Source: an uncultured bacterium (lineage in GTDB: Bacteria; Krumholzibacteriota; Krumholzibacteriia; Krumholzibacteriales; CAZTHK01). Taken from it: 64,000 nt of DNA. The stretch lies in the NCBI GenBank assembly GCA_964613215.1, contig CAZTHK010000011.1:61297-125296 (forward strand), given 5' to 3'. The position numbers and the translations under genes were made by a program. This document shows, in pieces, positions 31,788 to 40,504 of this stretch; positions within the stretch are counted from its first letter, which is position 1, and each line of letters opens with the position of its first letter. The notes beneath the pieces were generated by a model that made no database searches, was not told the DNA's origin, and saw only the letters and a program-made list of their open reading frames with translations.

Positions 31788-32633
31788 TCAGCCGGTCTTC
31801 CCGCCATCTCCGGCAATCTCCCGGCTCCCTTTATCGTTTTTCATTCCCTTCTTGAATTCCTTAAGGAGAATCTCCTCCTTTTCACCCGCCTGATCACTCA
31901 GCACCAGCACCTCCCTGAATATATCCAGTTTTGTCACAGTGTAATCATTTCCAAAAAATGTTATTCTGCTTCCTACCTTGGGAACGCCTCTTCTCAGATC
32001 CCTGTAATAATCCAGTTCGTAGGTCAGGCAGCACATTAATCTTCCGCAGGCGCCGGATATCTTGGATGGAGTAAGGGGAAGATTCTGCTCCTTGGCCATC
32101 TTCAGAGTTACCGGTTCAAAATCCTTCAGAAAAGTGGCACAGCACAACCTCCGTCCGCACATTCCCAGTCCGTCGCACCTTTTGGCCTCATCACGGACTC
32201 CTATCTGCCTCATATCTATCCTGGTGCGGAAAACGGCGGCCAGATCCTTGACCAGATCCCGGAAATCCACCCTGCCCTCCGAGGTAAAATAGAAGGTGAT
32301 CTTATTCCCGTCGAACTGATACTCCACATCCACCAGCTTCATGGGAAGCTCATGCTCCTCCACCCTCTCCACACAGAGCTCCAGAGCTTCCTCCTCCTTC
32401 TCCCTGTTGGCCTGATGCTTCTCCATATCCTCCTCGGTGGCGTGCCGGAGGATCTCCTTTATATCCCCTTCTATTTCATCCGGATTCTCTTCGTGTATGG
32501 AAACTATCACACCCATATCCTCGCCCCTGTCCGCCTCCACAATGCAGTAATTGTCCGGTTTGAGATAGAGGGATCTGGCGTTGACAAATACTTCTTTTCT
32601 CTGAGCCTTGAATTCTACCTCGACTACTTCCAT
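31788..32633 (-). CDS. ricT: PSP1-domain protein (YaaT/RicT-like)
   Basis: CDGLGMCGRRLCCATFL...GACGRLMCCLTYE are PSP1/YaaT cysteine motifs. It lies downstream of holB, as in the conserved holB-yaaT arrangement. Confidence 0.8.
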   Translation of the reverse strand: MEVVEVEFKAQRKEVFVNARSLYLKPDNYCIVEADRGEDMGVIVSIHEENPDEIEGDIKEILRHATEEDMEKHQANREKEEEALELCVERVEEHELPMKLVDVEYQFDGNKITFYFTSEGRVDFRDLVKDLAAVFRTRIDMRQIGVRDEAKRCDGLGMCGRRLCCATFLKDFEPVTLKMAKEQNLPLTPSKISGACGRLMCCLTYELDYYRDLRRGVPKVGSRITFFGNDYTVTKLDIFREVLVLSDQAGEKEEILLKEFKKGMKNDKGSREIAGDGGKTG

Positions 32634-32738
32634 TTCCCGGTCTCCCTATTATCAAATAACAGCCGGATATCATTCTAAACCAACCGGCGGCTGTTCAGCC
32701 AGCATTTTCCGGGTGATTCTTACTATAACTATATCAAT

Positions 32739-33878
32739 CTAATACCACTTACCTGTCAAATCAAGGAGTAGCTGTGAAAGAGTGAGTTCCACATCCGCGT
32801 TTCTGCCCAGATTGGCCGCTGCATTCATCACCCTGCGAATGTCTTCCGGCAGGTCCCTGAGTTCACCATTCTCTTCCCGGGGAGTATTGAGCCGGTCCAG
32901 AACATCAGCCTCTTCACTCACCCCTCCCTCCAGATTCTGGCGAGCCCTCATGGCCTCCCTCAGGATGATGATCATCTCAGAGAGAAAAGTCTCCGCCTCC
33001 TCCCGGGTGTAATTCCCGGCCAGCTCCGCCGATTCGCCCAACAGCCCCCTGGCATCACCGCCTGCCACCATATCCAGCACCTTCACCGCCCTGCTCCTTA
33101 TCTCCAGGAAACGCTGATCCATAAACCTGATGGCACGGCGCAGGTTGCCATCCGACCGTTCCGCCAGCTGTTGCATCTTCTGCTCACCCCCCGGGTACAG
33201 GGCGGATATAACCTCTTTTACCACTCCAATGGAGAGGGGATCGAAGCGCATTCTCTGACAGCGGGATATTATGGTATCCAGCAGCCGGTCGGGAAACTCA
33301 GTCACCAGCACTATCACCGTAGACCGGGGTGGCTCTTCCAGCAGTTTCAGAAAGGCATTCTGGGCCTCCAGGGTGGCCGCATGGGCCTCCATTATTAACA
33401 CCACATTCCATCTTCCCTGGAAGGGCTGCTTGGAGGTAGCCTCAATAACGTGCCTGATCAGATTTATCCCTATACTCCTGGCCCTGTTACCGAATTCTCC
33501 CTCCGCAAAGAAATCCTCCCTTCTGCTCTGTATCAGGATGTTCAGGGATTTCTCCCATTTTCCGTAGGGAACCGGATAGATCAGATGCACATCCGGATGC
33601 TCCAGGCTATCCATCCGGGAGCAGGAGGGGCAGAGCTTATCCCCGCATTCACCCCCCCCTTCACAGTTCAGCCTGGCCGCAAGAGATAAAGCAAACAGCT
33701 CCTTGCCCGCCCCTTCGGGACCGGTAAAAAGGATGGTGTGAGGCAACCGTCCGGATTTTATCATTCCCTCGGTGACCCGGAAGGGGCGCTCCTGCCCCTT
33801 TCTTACCATATCTGCAGCTTTCAACACTCCCACAGCTGTGTTCCTTTCTTCTCCGCCTAATCGCGGCGGGCAAACCAC
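32739..33878 (-). CDS. holB: DNA polymerase III delta-prime subunit
   Basis: ILFTGPEGAGKELFA...CGDKLCPSCSRM...HPDVHLI is an AAA+ clamp-loader delta-prime. The probable true start is Met at 33809 (MVRKGQERP...), which removes the overlap with envC. Confidence 0.8.
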   Translation of the reverse strand: MVCPPRLGGEERNTAVGVLKAADMVRKGQERPFRVTEGMIKSGRLPHTILFTGPEGAGKELFALSLAARLNCEGGGECGDKLCPSCSRMDSLEHPDVHLIYPVPYGKWEKSLNILIQSRREDFFAEGEFGNRARSIGINLIRHVIEATSKQPFQGRWNVVLIMEAHAATLEAQNAFLKLLEEPPRSTVIVLVTEFPDRLLDTIISRCQRMRFDPLSIGVVKEVISALYPGGEQKMQQLAERSDGNLRRAIRFMDQRFLEIRSRAVKVLDMVAGGDARGLLGESAELAGNYTREEAETFLSEMIIILREAMRARQNLEGGVSEEADVLDRLNTPREENGELRDLPEDIRRVMNAAANLGRNADVELTLSQLLLDLTGKWY

Positions 33879-35107
33879 TTGTCCGGATCAAGGGACTCCT
33901 TTGATCTTCTGATCTCAAAATGCATTACCCTGGTGTCCGAGTCCCCCTCCCCCATCTCGGCTATGATATCACCTCGCTCCACCTGCTCGTCCCTGTCCAC
34001 CAGCAGCCTCCATATATGTGCATAGATGGTATAATATCCATCTCCGTGATTGATTATGATGCAGTTTCCGTATCCTTTCAGCACGTTGGCGTACTCAATC
34101 CTTCCACGGGCCACCGCAGTCACCGGAACGCCGGGTGCGGTTCTTATATCCATACCGGTATTATAGGTGATGGTACCGTACTCCGGATGCCTTGATTTTC
34201 CGAATCCCCGGACCACTTTGCCCTCCACCGGTCTGGACATCCTGCCCTTCAGGGCGTTGAAATCCCTCTCCCCGAATATTCCCCAATCTTCCGCCTTCTC
34301 CGCCCTTCTCCGCTCCAGCTCCTCTATCAGCCCCCGCACCCTCTTCTCTGCCCTGGCCAGTTCCTCCACTCTCTGTTGATATCCCCTCTTCTCCTTCTCC
34401 ATCTGTGCCAGGGACTCCTTTCTCTTCTTCTCCAGCACCTTCAGCCTTCTAAGCTCCTCCTTCTTCTCTCTCTTACCAATCACCACCTGATGAAGCAGTT
34501 CGGTTATCTTTGCCTCCTGACGCTCGACCTCCCTGCTCTTCTCCAGGGTACTGCTGATCAACGCAGCATCCCTCTCTGCGATGGTAGTCATAAACCTGTA
34601 CCTCTGCAAGAGATCGGCCACTCCCCTGGCCGCCAGAAGCTCCTGCCACATACTCCGGTTTCGTTGTTTATACATCTTCCTGAGTCTGGAGGAGAAAGCC
34701 TTCAGCCTCTTCCGGTATATCTGCTCGTTGACTGACAGCTTTTCCCTCAACTTCTGCACCTGGTTCTGCAGCAGTTCTTCCTTCTCCGAAATTCCCTCCA
34801 GCAATTTCCTGGTCAACCTCTCCTCCCTGGCCAGTTTGCGGAGGTACTCCTCCACCCCCCTTTCCTTTTCTTCCAACTCCCTGATCTTATTCCGCTGTTC
34901 CCTGATCTCTCTTCTGAGCTTCTTGAGTTCAGTCTCCTTGCTATCGATCTTCCGGTCCAGATCCTCCTGTTGAACCCAGCCGGGGGAATAAAAAACCGCC
35001 GATATCAACAGGACTGACAGTGAGGCGGTCAGCAGGCGGGGGATGAACCTCCGCTGCCGGGATTTAATACCTGACCATATCATATTTAGCACTACCACCG
35101 GATTCAT
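33857..35107 (-). CDS. envC: murein hydrolase activator EnvC-like (coiled-coil plus M23 peptidase domain)
   Basis: Long K/E/R-rich coiled coil, then an M23/LytM domain (GMDIRTAPGVPVTAVARGRIEYA...GNCIIINHGDGYYTIYAH). Immediately downstream of ftsEX. Confidence 0.8.
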   Translation of the reverse strand: MNPVVVLNMIWSGIKSRQRRFIPRLLTASLSVLLISAVFYSPGWVQQEDLDRKIDSKETELKKLRREIREQRNKIRELEEKERGVEEYLRKLAREERLTRKLLEGISEKEELLQNQVQKLREKLSVNEQIYRKRLKAFSSRLRKMYKQRNRSMWQELLAARGVADLLQRYRFMTTIAERDAALISSTLEKSREVERQEAKITELLHQVVIGKREKKEELRRLKVLEKKRKESLAQMEKEKRGYQQRVEELARAEKRVRGLIEELERRRAEKAEDWGIFGERDFNALKGRMSRPVEGKVVRGFGKSRHPEYGTITYNTGMDIRTAPGVPVTAVARGRIEYANVLKGYGNCIIINHGDGYYTIYAHIWRLLVDRDEQVERGDIIAEMGEGDSDTRVMHFEIRRSKESLDPDKWFARRD

Positions 35108-35976
35108 TAGATCTTAAGGTGCTTTCTTATGGCGGCGAAACTGCCGATCCCGCCCATAAATGCACAGAATGCTACAAATCCCGCCAGTCCCTCCGGTTCC
35201 ATGAAAACCAGCCCCTCCAGGTACCTGCTCCCCAGGGTATAGATTATGAATAGAAGTAAAATGGCCAGAAGGGATGCTACCACCCCCTGAAACGCTCCCT
35301 CTATGATAAATGGAGTTCTGATGTATGTATTGGTAGCACCTACCAGCTTCATAATTCCGATGGTTTTTCCCCTCTGCAGAACGGTCAGCCGCACGGTGTT
35401 GGATATCACAAATATCACCGAAAGGAACACTATCAGCCCCAGTGCCAGATCGGTCATATAAAAACCGTGCACCAGCCTTTCGCCCTTCTCCAGCCACCTC
35501 TTCCCGTACTCGATATCCTCCACTCCCTCCCACTCCATCACAATATCCGCTACTCTGTCCATGGCTTCACTCCTGAGGTACTCCGGCTTCATCCTCAACC
35601 TGAATGCATCCGGCAGGGGATTGCTGTCCAGATCATCCAGCAGGCTGGCTCCCTCTCCCAGTGACGTTTTGAATTCCTCCATGGCCTCCTCCCGGGAGAT
35701 AAACACCACCTCCTTCACCCCCTTTATCCCCAGAAGCTTATATCTTATCTCCTCCTGGCGCCGCTCCCCCGTCCCATCCCCCAGATAGACATATCCCCTC
35801 ATCTCATCACTCATGCTGGAAATAAAGCTGGATATATTCAGGGTCACCAGTATAAAAACAAGCAGTATCAGCAGGGACAGCCCCATAATAAACACAGCCA
35901 GCAAATTGGAGAGTTTTCTCCTCCTGAGCATAATTACGGCTTCATTTATAATGTACCTGAACTCGTTAAAACTCAT
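35107..35976 (-). CDS. ftsX: cell-division permease FtsX
   Basis: 289 aa with four TM helices and an FtsX extracellular domain, adjacent to ftsE. Confidence 0.85.
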   Translation of the reverse strand: MSFNEFRYIINEAVIMLRRRKLSNLLAVFIMGLSLLILLVFILVTLNISSFISSMSDEMRGYVYLGDGTGERRQEEIRYKLLGIKGVKEVVFISREEAMEEFKTSLGEGASLLDDLDSNPLPDAFRLRMKPEYLRSEAMDRVADIVMEWEGVEDIEYGKRWLEKGERLVHGFYMTDLALGLIVFLSVIFVISNTVRLTVLQRGKTIGIMKLVGATNTYIRTPFIIEGAFQGVVASLLAILLLFIIYTLGSRYLEGLVFMEPEGLAGFVAFCAFMGGIGSFAAIRKHLKI

Positions 35977-36027
35977 ACCCGCTGTCCATCCCGGGAATAA
36001 GACCCGGGTTATTCATTCCGGCCGTAA

Positions 36028-36810
36028 TTACTCCCTGCCATCCTCTTCCTCTATCTTTCTGTCTACGAATGTCTCAGCCCTCCGGCTCACCCTGGATCTC
36101 TCCATTCTATCCCCCAGGTCGCCCACATAAATCATCTCCTGCTCCCTGGCCAGCTTGCCGCTGTCCAGATATATAATCCTCTGCCCGAAGCTCTTCACCA
36201 GCTCGATATCGTGGGTCGCCATCAGAACCGCCGCCCCCCCTGAGTTTATCCTGAACAGAAGCTGGAGGATATCCTTGGTCACGGCGGGGTCAAGATTGCC
36301 GGTAGGCTCATCCACCAGCAGTACGGAGGGCTGATTCGCCACCGCCCGTGCTATGGCCACCCTCTGCTGCTCTCCCCCGGAGAGGGCGGGAGGATATTGA
36401 TAACGCTTGTGATAGAGACCCACCCGGGTCAGAACATCGGTCACCCTCCTCTTTATTTCACCCATACCCCTCCCGGTCACCTTCATCGCCAGAGCTATGT
36501 TCTCGAATACGGTACGGTCCTCCAGAAGCCTGAAATCCTGAAAGACTATCCCCACATTCCTTCTCATATAGGGGATGGTAGACCTCTTCATCCTGGTGGA
36601 TACATAGGGACCCACTATAACCTGCCCGGAGGTGGGGAAGTCCTCCATATATATCAATCTCAACAGGGAACTCTTCCCCGCTCCGCTGGGTCCCACCAGA
36701 AATACAAATTCTCCGTTGGCCACCTGAATGTTTATATCCTTGAGGGCAAAGTGCTTTCCATATCTCTTGGAGAGATGATAAACCCCTACTACCACTCTTC
36801 GTTCGGTCAT
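36028..36810 (-). CDS. ftsE: cell-division ABC ATPase FtsE
   Basis: Walker A GPSGAGKSS, signature LSGGEQQRVAIARA, Walker B LLVDEPTGNLD. Carries a ~40-aa C-terminal extension. Confidence 0.9.
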   Translation of the reverse strand: MTERRVVVGVYHLSKRYGKHFALKDINIQVANGEFVFLVGPSGAGKSSLLRLIYMEDFPTSGQVIVGPYVSTRMKRSTIPYMRRNVGIVFQDFRLLEDRTVFENIALAMKVTGRGMGEIKRRVTDVLTRVGLYHKRYQYPPALSGGEQQRVAIARAVANQPSVLLVDEPTGNLDPAVTKDILQLLFRINSGGAAVLMATHDIELVKSFGQRIIYLDSGKLAREQEMIYVGDLGDRMERSRVSRRAETFVDRKIEEEDGRE

Positions 36811-37865
36811 ACCGTTTGTTCCCCTTCTACTCCGGTTACCTTACCTTCTGCGGTGCCGCCCCCTCCGGCTGCTGCAGCACAATCCCTGGCCAGGCAGACC
36901 GCCGCCTCCAGACTCTTCTCGCTTCCCTCACCCCTGCCGGCTATATCGAATGCAGTTCCGTGGCAGACGGAGGTTCTTATCACCGGCAGCCCTATGGTCA
37001 TGTTAACCCCCCTTTCGAATCCACTCATCTTGAAGGGTATCATACCCTGATCATGGTAGAGTGCAATGAAGGCGTGATATTCCTTAGCCTCCCGATGGCA
37101 GAACAGGGTGTCCGCCGGAACCGGCCCGTCCAGATTATACCCCTCTTCTCTCATCTTATTCAGAACCGGAGATATAACATCTATCTCCTCCCTGCCGGTT
37201 ACCCCCCCGTCCCCCCCGTGGGGATTCAGTGCAGCCACAGCCATATAGGGTGATCCGATATTCCAGAATTTCTGCAGGGCCTGGCAGGTGACCTCTATTC
37301 CCCTTCTCAACCTGGAGGGAGTTACACTGTCCGGTGCCTTCCTCAAGGGTATATCCCGGCTGAGTATGACCACTCTCATCTCTCCATTCACCATCATCAT
37401 CTGACAATCCGGCGATTCAAAGATATCAGCCAGCATTTCGGTATGCCCGGAATACTTATACCCCCCCAGGTTCAGGGCTTCCTTGGATAAAGGTCCGGTT
37501 ACTATACCATGGACCTTCCCCCGGCGGGCCAGTGAAGCGGCAACCTCAACCGATCTGCCGCTTACCCTGCCTCCCTGCGGGGAGGGCCGGCCCGGGGGAA
37601 CATCCTCCCCCCCAGAGGTATCGATCACCACCGGATAACCGGGCAGCTCCTCCAATCGATCCATCTCGCCGGCTGATATCACCGGCAGAGTCTCACCGGT
37701 GTGATCCCCTATAACTCTCCTTAAAGCGGGACCGGAGCCTACTATCACCAGCTCCACCCCCTCCGGCCTGCCGGCTTCCAGCAGCCTGGCCGTTATTTCA
37801 GGACCAATACCGGCGGGATCGCCGGGGGTTAAGGCCAGTCTGATCACTTTCCCCTTATCTCCCAT
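36807..37865 (-). CDS. pdxA: 4-hydroxythreonine-4-phosphate dehydrogenase
   Basis: ALTPGDPAGIGPEI...GHTEMLA...ALNPHGGDGG match PdxA motifs. It overlaps the ftsE start by 4 nt. Confidence 0.85.
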   Translation of the reverse strand: MGDKGKVIRLALTPGDPAGIGPEITARLLEAGRPEGVELVIVGSGPALRRVIGDHTGETLPVISAGEMDRLEELPGYPVVIDTSGGEDVPPGRPSPQGGRVSGRSVEVAASLARRGKVHGIVTGPLSKEALNLGGYKYSGHTEMLADIFESPDCQMMMVNGEMRVVILSRDIPLRKAPDSVTPSRLRRGIEVTCQALQKFWNIGSPYMAVAALNPHGGDGGVTGREEIDVISPVLNKMREEGYNLDGPVPADTLFCHREAKEYHAFIALYHDQGMIPFKMSGFERGVNMTIGLPVIRTSVCHGTAFDIAGRGEGSEKSLEAAVCLARDCAAAAGGGGTAEGKVTGVEGEQTV

Positions 37866-37866
37866 C

Positions 37867-38136
37867 TCAATCCGGTTCCTCTCTTATCGTTCTTATATAC
37901 TGGTCCCTTTCCTTCCGGGAAACCTGCTTGCCGGGTATATCCAGGATTTCTACCACCATATCCTTGCCCGGATAACGAATTTCCAGAATATCCCCCCTCT
38001 TTATATCCCGGCTCGGCTTTATTGCTCTTCCATCCAGCCTGATATTTCCAGCCTGGCAACCTTTCCCGGCCCTGTTTCTGCTCTTGACCAGACAAAGATG
38101 CTTAAGCAGCAGATCTACCCTCACCTGTACCGTCAC
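37867..38136 (-). CDS. RNA-binding S4-domain protein (Hsp15/YlmH-like)
   Basis: 89 aa. VRVDLLLKHLCLVKSRNRAGKGCQAGNIRLDGRAIKPSRDIKRGDIL is an S4 fold signature. Confidence 0.75.
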   Translation of the reverse strand: MTVQVRVDLLLKHLCLVKSRNRAGKGCQAGNIRLDGRAIKPSRDIKRGDILEIRYPGKDMVVEILDIPGKQVSRKERDQYIRTIREEPD

Positions 38137-39503
38137 TCCATTATATCTTCTTTTATATTTACTGTATACTGCTCCTTCAATCCCTCCACATACCCCTTCA
38201 CTCTTGACTGCAGCTTCTGCTGTTTTATCAGATTTCGCAGCTCCTCCCTGGCTTCCTCGTAGCGGTAAGGCCTCTCTCCGGATCGGTCCAGAACCTTGAC
38301 GATCCTGAACCCCTTATCATCCTGGATCACCTCTGAAACGCCCCCTTCCTCCAAATCCTCTATACTCTCCCTGAACTCCCGGGGCAGCCTTCTCAGAGCT
38401 ATCTCTCCGACCAGACCACCCCTCTCCCCGGTGGCGGGATCGTCGGAGTGCTTTCGGGCCATCTCGGCGAAATCGGCTCCTTCCGTCAGTTCCTTCCTGA
38501 TCTCCCCGGCCAGTTCCAGGGTCTTCCGCTCGGCTTCCAGGTCCCTCTCCGCTTGTACCAGAATATGACTCACCAGAACCCTCTGGTCACTGATATCCTC
38601 AAGTTTAATGAGATGATATCCGAATTTGGTCAGTACCGGTCCACTTACCTCCCCAACCTTGAGCTCCCTTACCGCCTCTGCAAATTCCGGATTCCCCAAT
38701 TCCTCCAGCTTAACATATCCCAGGCTTCCCCCGTAATCGGCACTGGGACCTTCCGAATATTCCCTGGCCACCTCCGAAAATTCCTTACCCTCCTCCAGCA
38801 TCTTCTGATACCTTCTTATCTCTTCCAGAGCCTCCTTCTCCTTATCCCGGCTGGCCGCCGGCTCCAGGAGTATCTGGGCCAGTTTAACCGACGCCGGCCT
38901 GGTGGGCAGCTCTTCAGCGTGATTGCGGTAATATTCCTTCACTTCCGCTTCACTTACCCTTGCCTCCCCCATAACCTCGGCAGCCCAGAGCTTTTCCACC
39001 AGCTTTCTGGCTCTGAGCTTTTCTCTCCACATTTTTCTGAGGCCGGACAGGGTTAATCCTTCCCTCTCCAGGCTTCTTTCGAACTGTTCCTCTCCCCCCA
39101 TCTCTCTCATGCTGTTTTGGATGGCCTCTTCCACCTGGTCATCCAGTGCTGTTTCATCGATCTCAATCCCCCTGTTTTCCGCATGTACCGCCATAAGGAG
39201 GTCATTCACCAGGATATCCAGAATCCTGCCGCGAACCTCCTTCTTCTCTTGCCGGGAAAGATCCTCCCTTCCCTCCTGCATCATGTACCTCTTATACTCC
39301 AGTTCCAGTTCGCTCTGCAGTATGGCCCTCCCCTCCACCACGGCAATCACCCTGTCTATCAGTTCTCCCTCCGGCTCTTCCGCTTCCGCCTGATTGCCCG
39401 TCAGAGAGGATAAAATCATCATGGCCAGCATTATCATCACAGCACCCCTGCATATCTCACCTGATATCCGCTTTAATTTTGTCTTGCCAGACATGTAAAT
39501 CAT
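38133..39503 (-). CDS. surA: periplasmic chaperone / peptidyl-prolyl isomerase SurA
   Basis: Signal peptide, a SurA N-terminal domain, and two parvulin domains (GGSLGYVKLEELG..., GGLVGEIALRRL...FGYHLIKL). Confidence 0.8.
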   Translation of the reverse strand: MIYMSGKTKLKRISGEICRGAVMIMLAMMILSSLTGNQAEAEEPEGELIDRVIAVVEGRAILQSELELEYKRYMMQEGREDLSRQEKKEVRGRILDILVNDLLMAVHAENRGIEIDETALDDQVEEAIQNSMREMGGEEQFERSLEREGLTLSGLRKMWREKLRARKLVEKLWAAEVMGEARVSEAEVKEYYRNHAEELPTRPASVKLAQILLEPAASRDKEKEALEEIRRYQKMLEEGKEFSEVAREYSEGPSADYGGSLGYVKLEELGNPEFAEAVRELKVGEVSGPVLTKFGYHLIKLEDISDQRVLVSHILVQAERDLEAERKTLELAGEIRKELTEGADFAEMARKHSDDPATGERGGLVGEIALRRLPREFRESIEDLEEGGVSEVIQDDKGFRIVKVLDRSGERPYRYEEAREELRNLIKQQKLQSRVKGYVEGLKEQYTVNIKEDIME

Positions 39504-39640
39504 CTCCCTTTTAATTGAAACAGCTCAAGCACCTGATTCTGCCGGCATGCCTTCAACCACGCTGCCCGGAAAGCGCCGGCATGCAACAATGATAATCAGT
39601 AAGTTACTCCGGGATGTGGCAATTCCGGATCATTCCGGAA

Positions 39641-40474
39641 TTACTGCCTTTTATAAACGGTGTCGCTGAATACAATCTCCGCTGAAGCCCTCAGCGAATC
39701 TATGAACTCACGGTAAAATTTCTTCCTCTTTTTCATGGTCAGGAAACTCATTATATTCTCCTCCACATCCTCCAGGCTTACCCTGGCCAGAGCTTCCCTC
39801 TTACCCACCATCTTTATGAGATGAAACCCGAAGTCAGATTCAATTATATCACTGACCTCCCCCGGTTTCATATCGAAGACAACCCTTTCAAAGGCGGGAA
39901 TCATATTCCCCTTGGTAAGATAACCGAGATCACCCCCTCTGCCCGCTTCGGGATCGACTGAATACCTGTTGGCCACCCATTCGAAACTGTGCTTATTCAG
40001 CAGTTCCATCACCTGTTCAGTTTCTTCGGCGGTATTTACCAGGATGTGTTTGACCCTGTATTCATTGGTATATTCATCCCGGTGCTGAATGAAATAACTC
40101 TCGATCTCCCCCGGTGTAACGTTGATCTTCTCCCGCATGGCCAGAAACAGCATGTGATTGGAGAGAAATTCGCGCCGGACGTTCTTTATCCTGGCCCGAA
40201 TCCGGGGATCCCGGTGTATCTTCCTGCGGATAGCTTCCTGGCAGAGGAGTTCTGTCTCAATCCAGCGCTCTACAAACTGGCTCTTCCCTTCTGTTTCAAG
40301 TGGCGCCAGCTCACCCTCCGGCATAAGATTAACCAGGTCATCCTCAGTGAATACTGTATCATTCACTCTCACTATCTCACCCGGCTGTTCCGGCACTCCC
40401 TTCTCTACCTCTTCGCATCCGGTCAGGATGAGGATTATATTCAGCAGGATGATTATCGCTGTTAAGTTTTTCAT
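39641..40474 (-). CDS. parvulin-type peptidyl-prolyl isomerase lipoprotein (PrsA/SurA-like)
   Basis: Lipobox LTGC. The parvulin domain has GGDLGYLTKGNMIPAFERVVF...FGFHLIKM. Confidence 0.75.
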   Translation of the reverse strand: MKNLTAIIILLNIILILTGCEEVEKGVPEQPGEIVRVNDTVFTEDDLVNLMPEGELAPLETEGKSQFVERWIETELLCQEAIRRKIHRDPRIRARIKNVRREFLSNHMLFLAMREKINVTPGEIESYFIQHRDEYTNEYRVKHILVNTAEETEQVMELLNKHSFEWVANRYSVDPEAGRGGDLGYLTKGNMIPAFERVVFDMKPGEVSDIIESDFGFHLIKMVGKREALARVSLEDVEENIMSFLTMKKRKKFYREFIDSLRASAEIVFSDTVYKRQ

Positions 40475-40504
40475 CTCCGTTTCATCTCTTAAATGGTACC
40501 GGCT

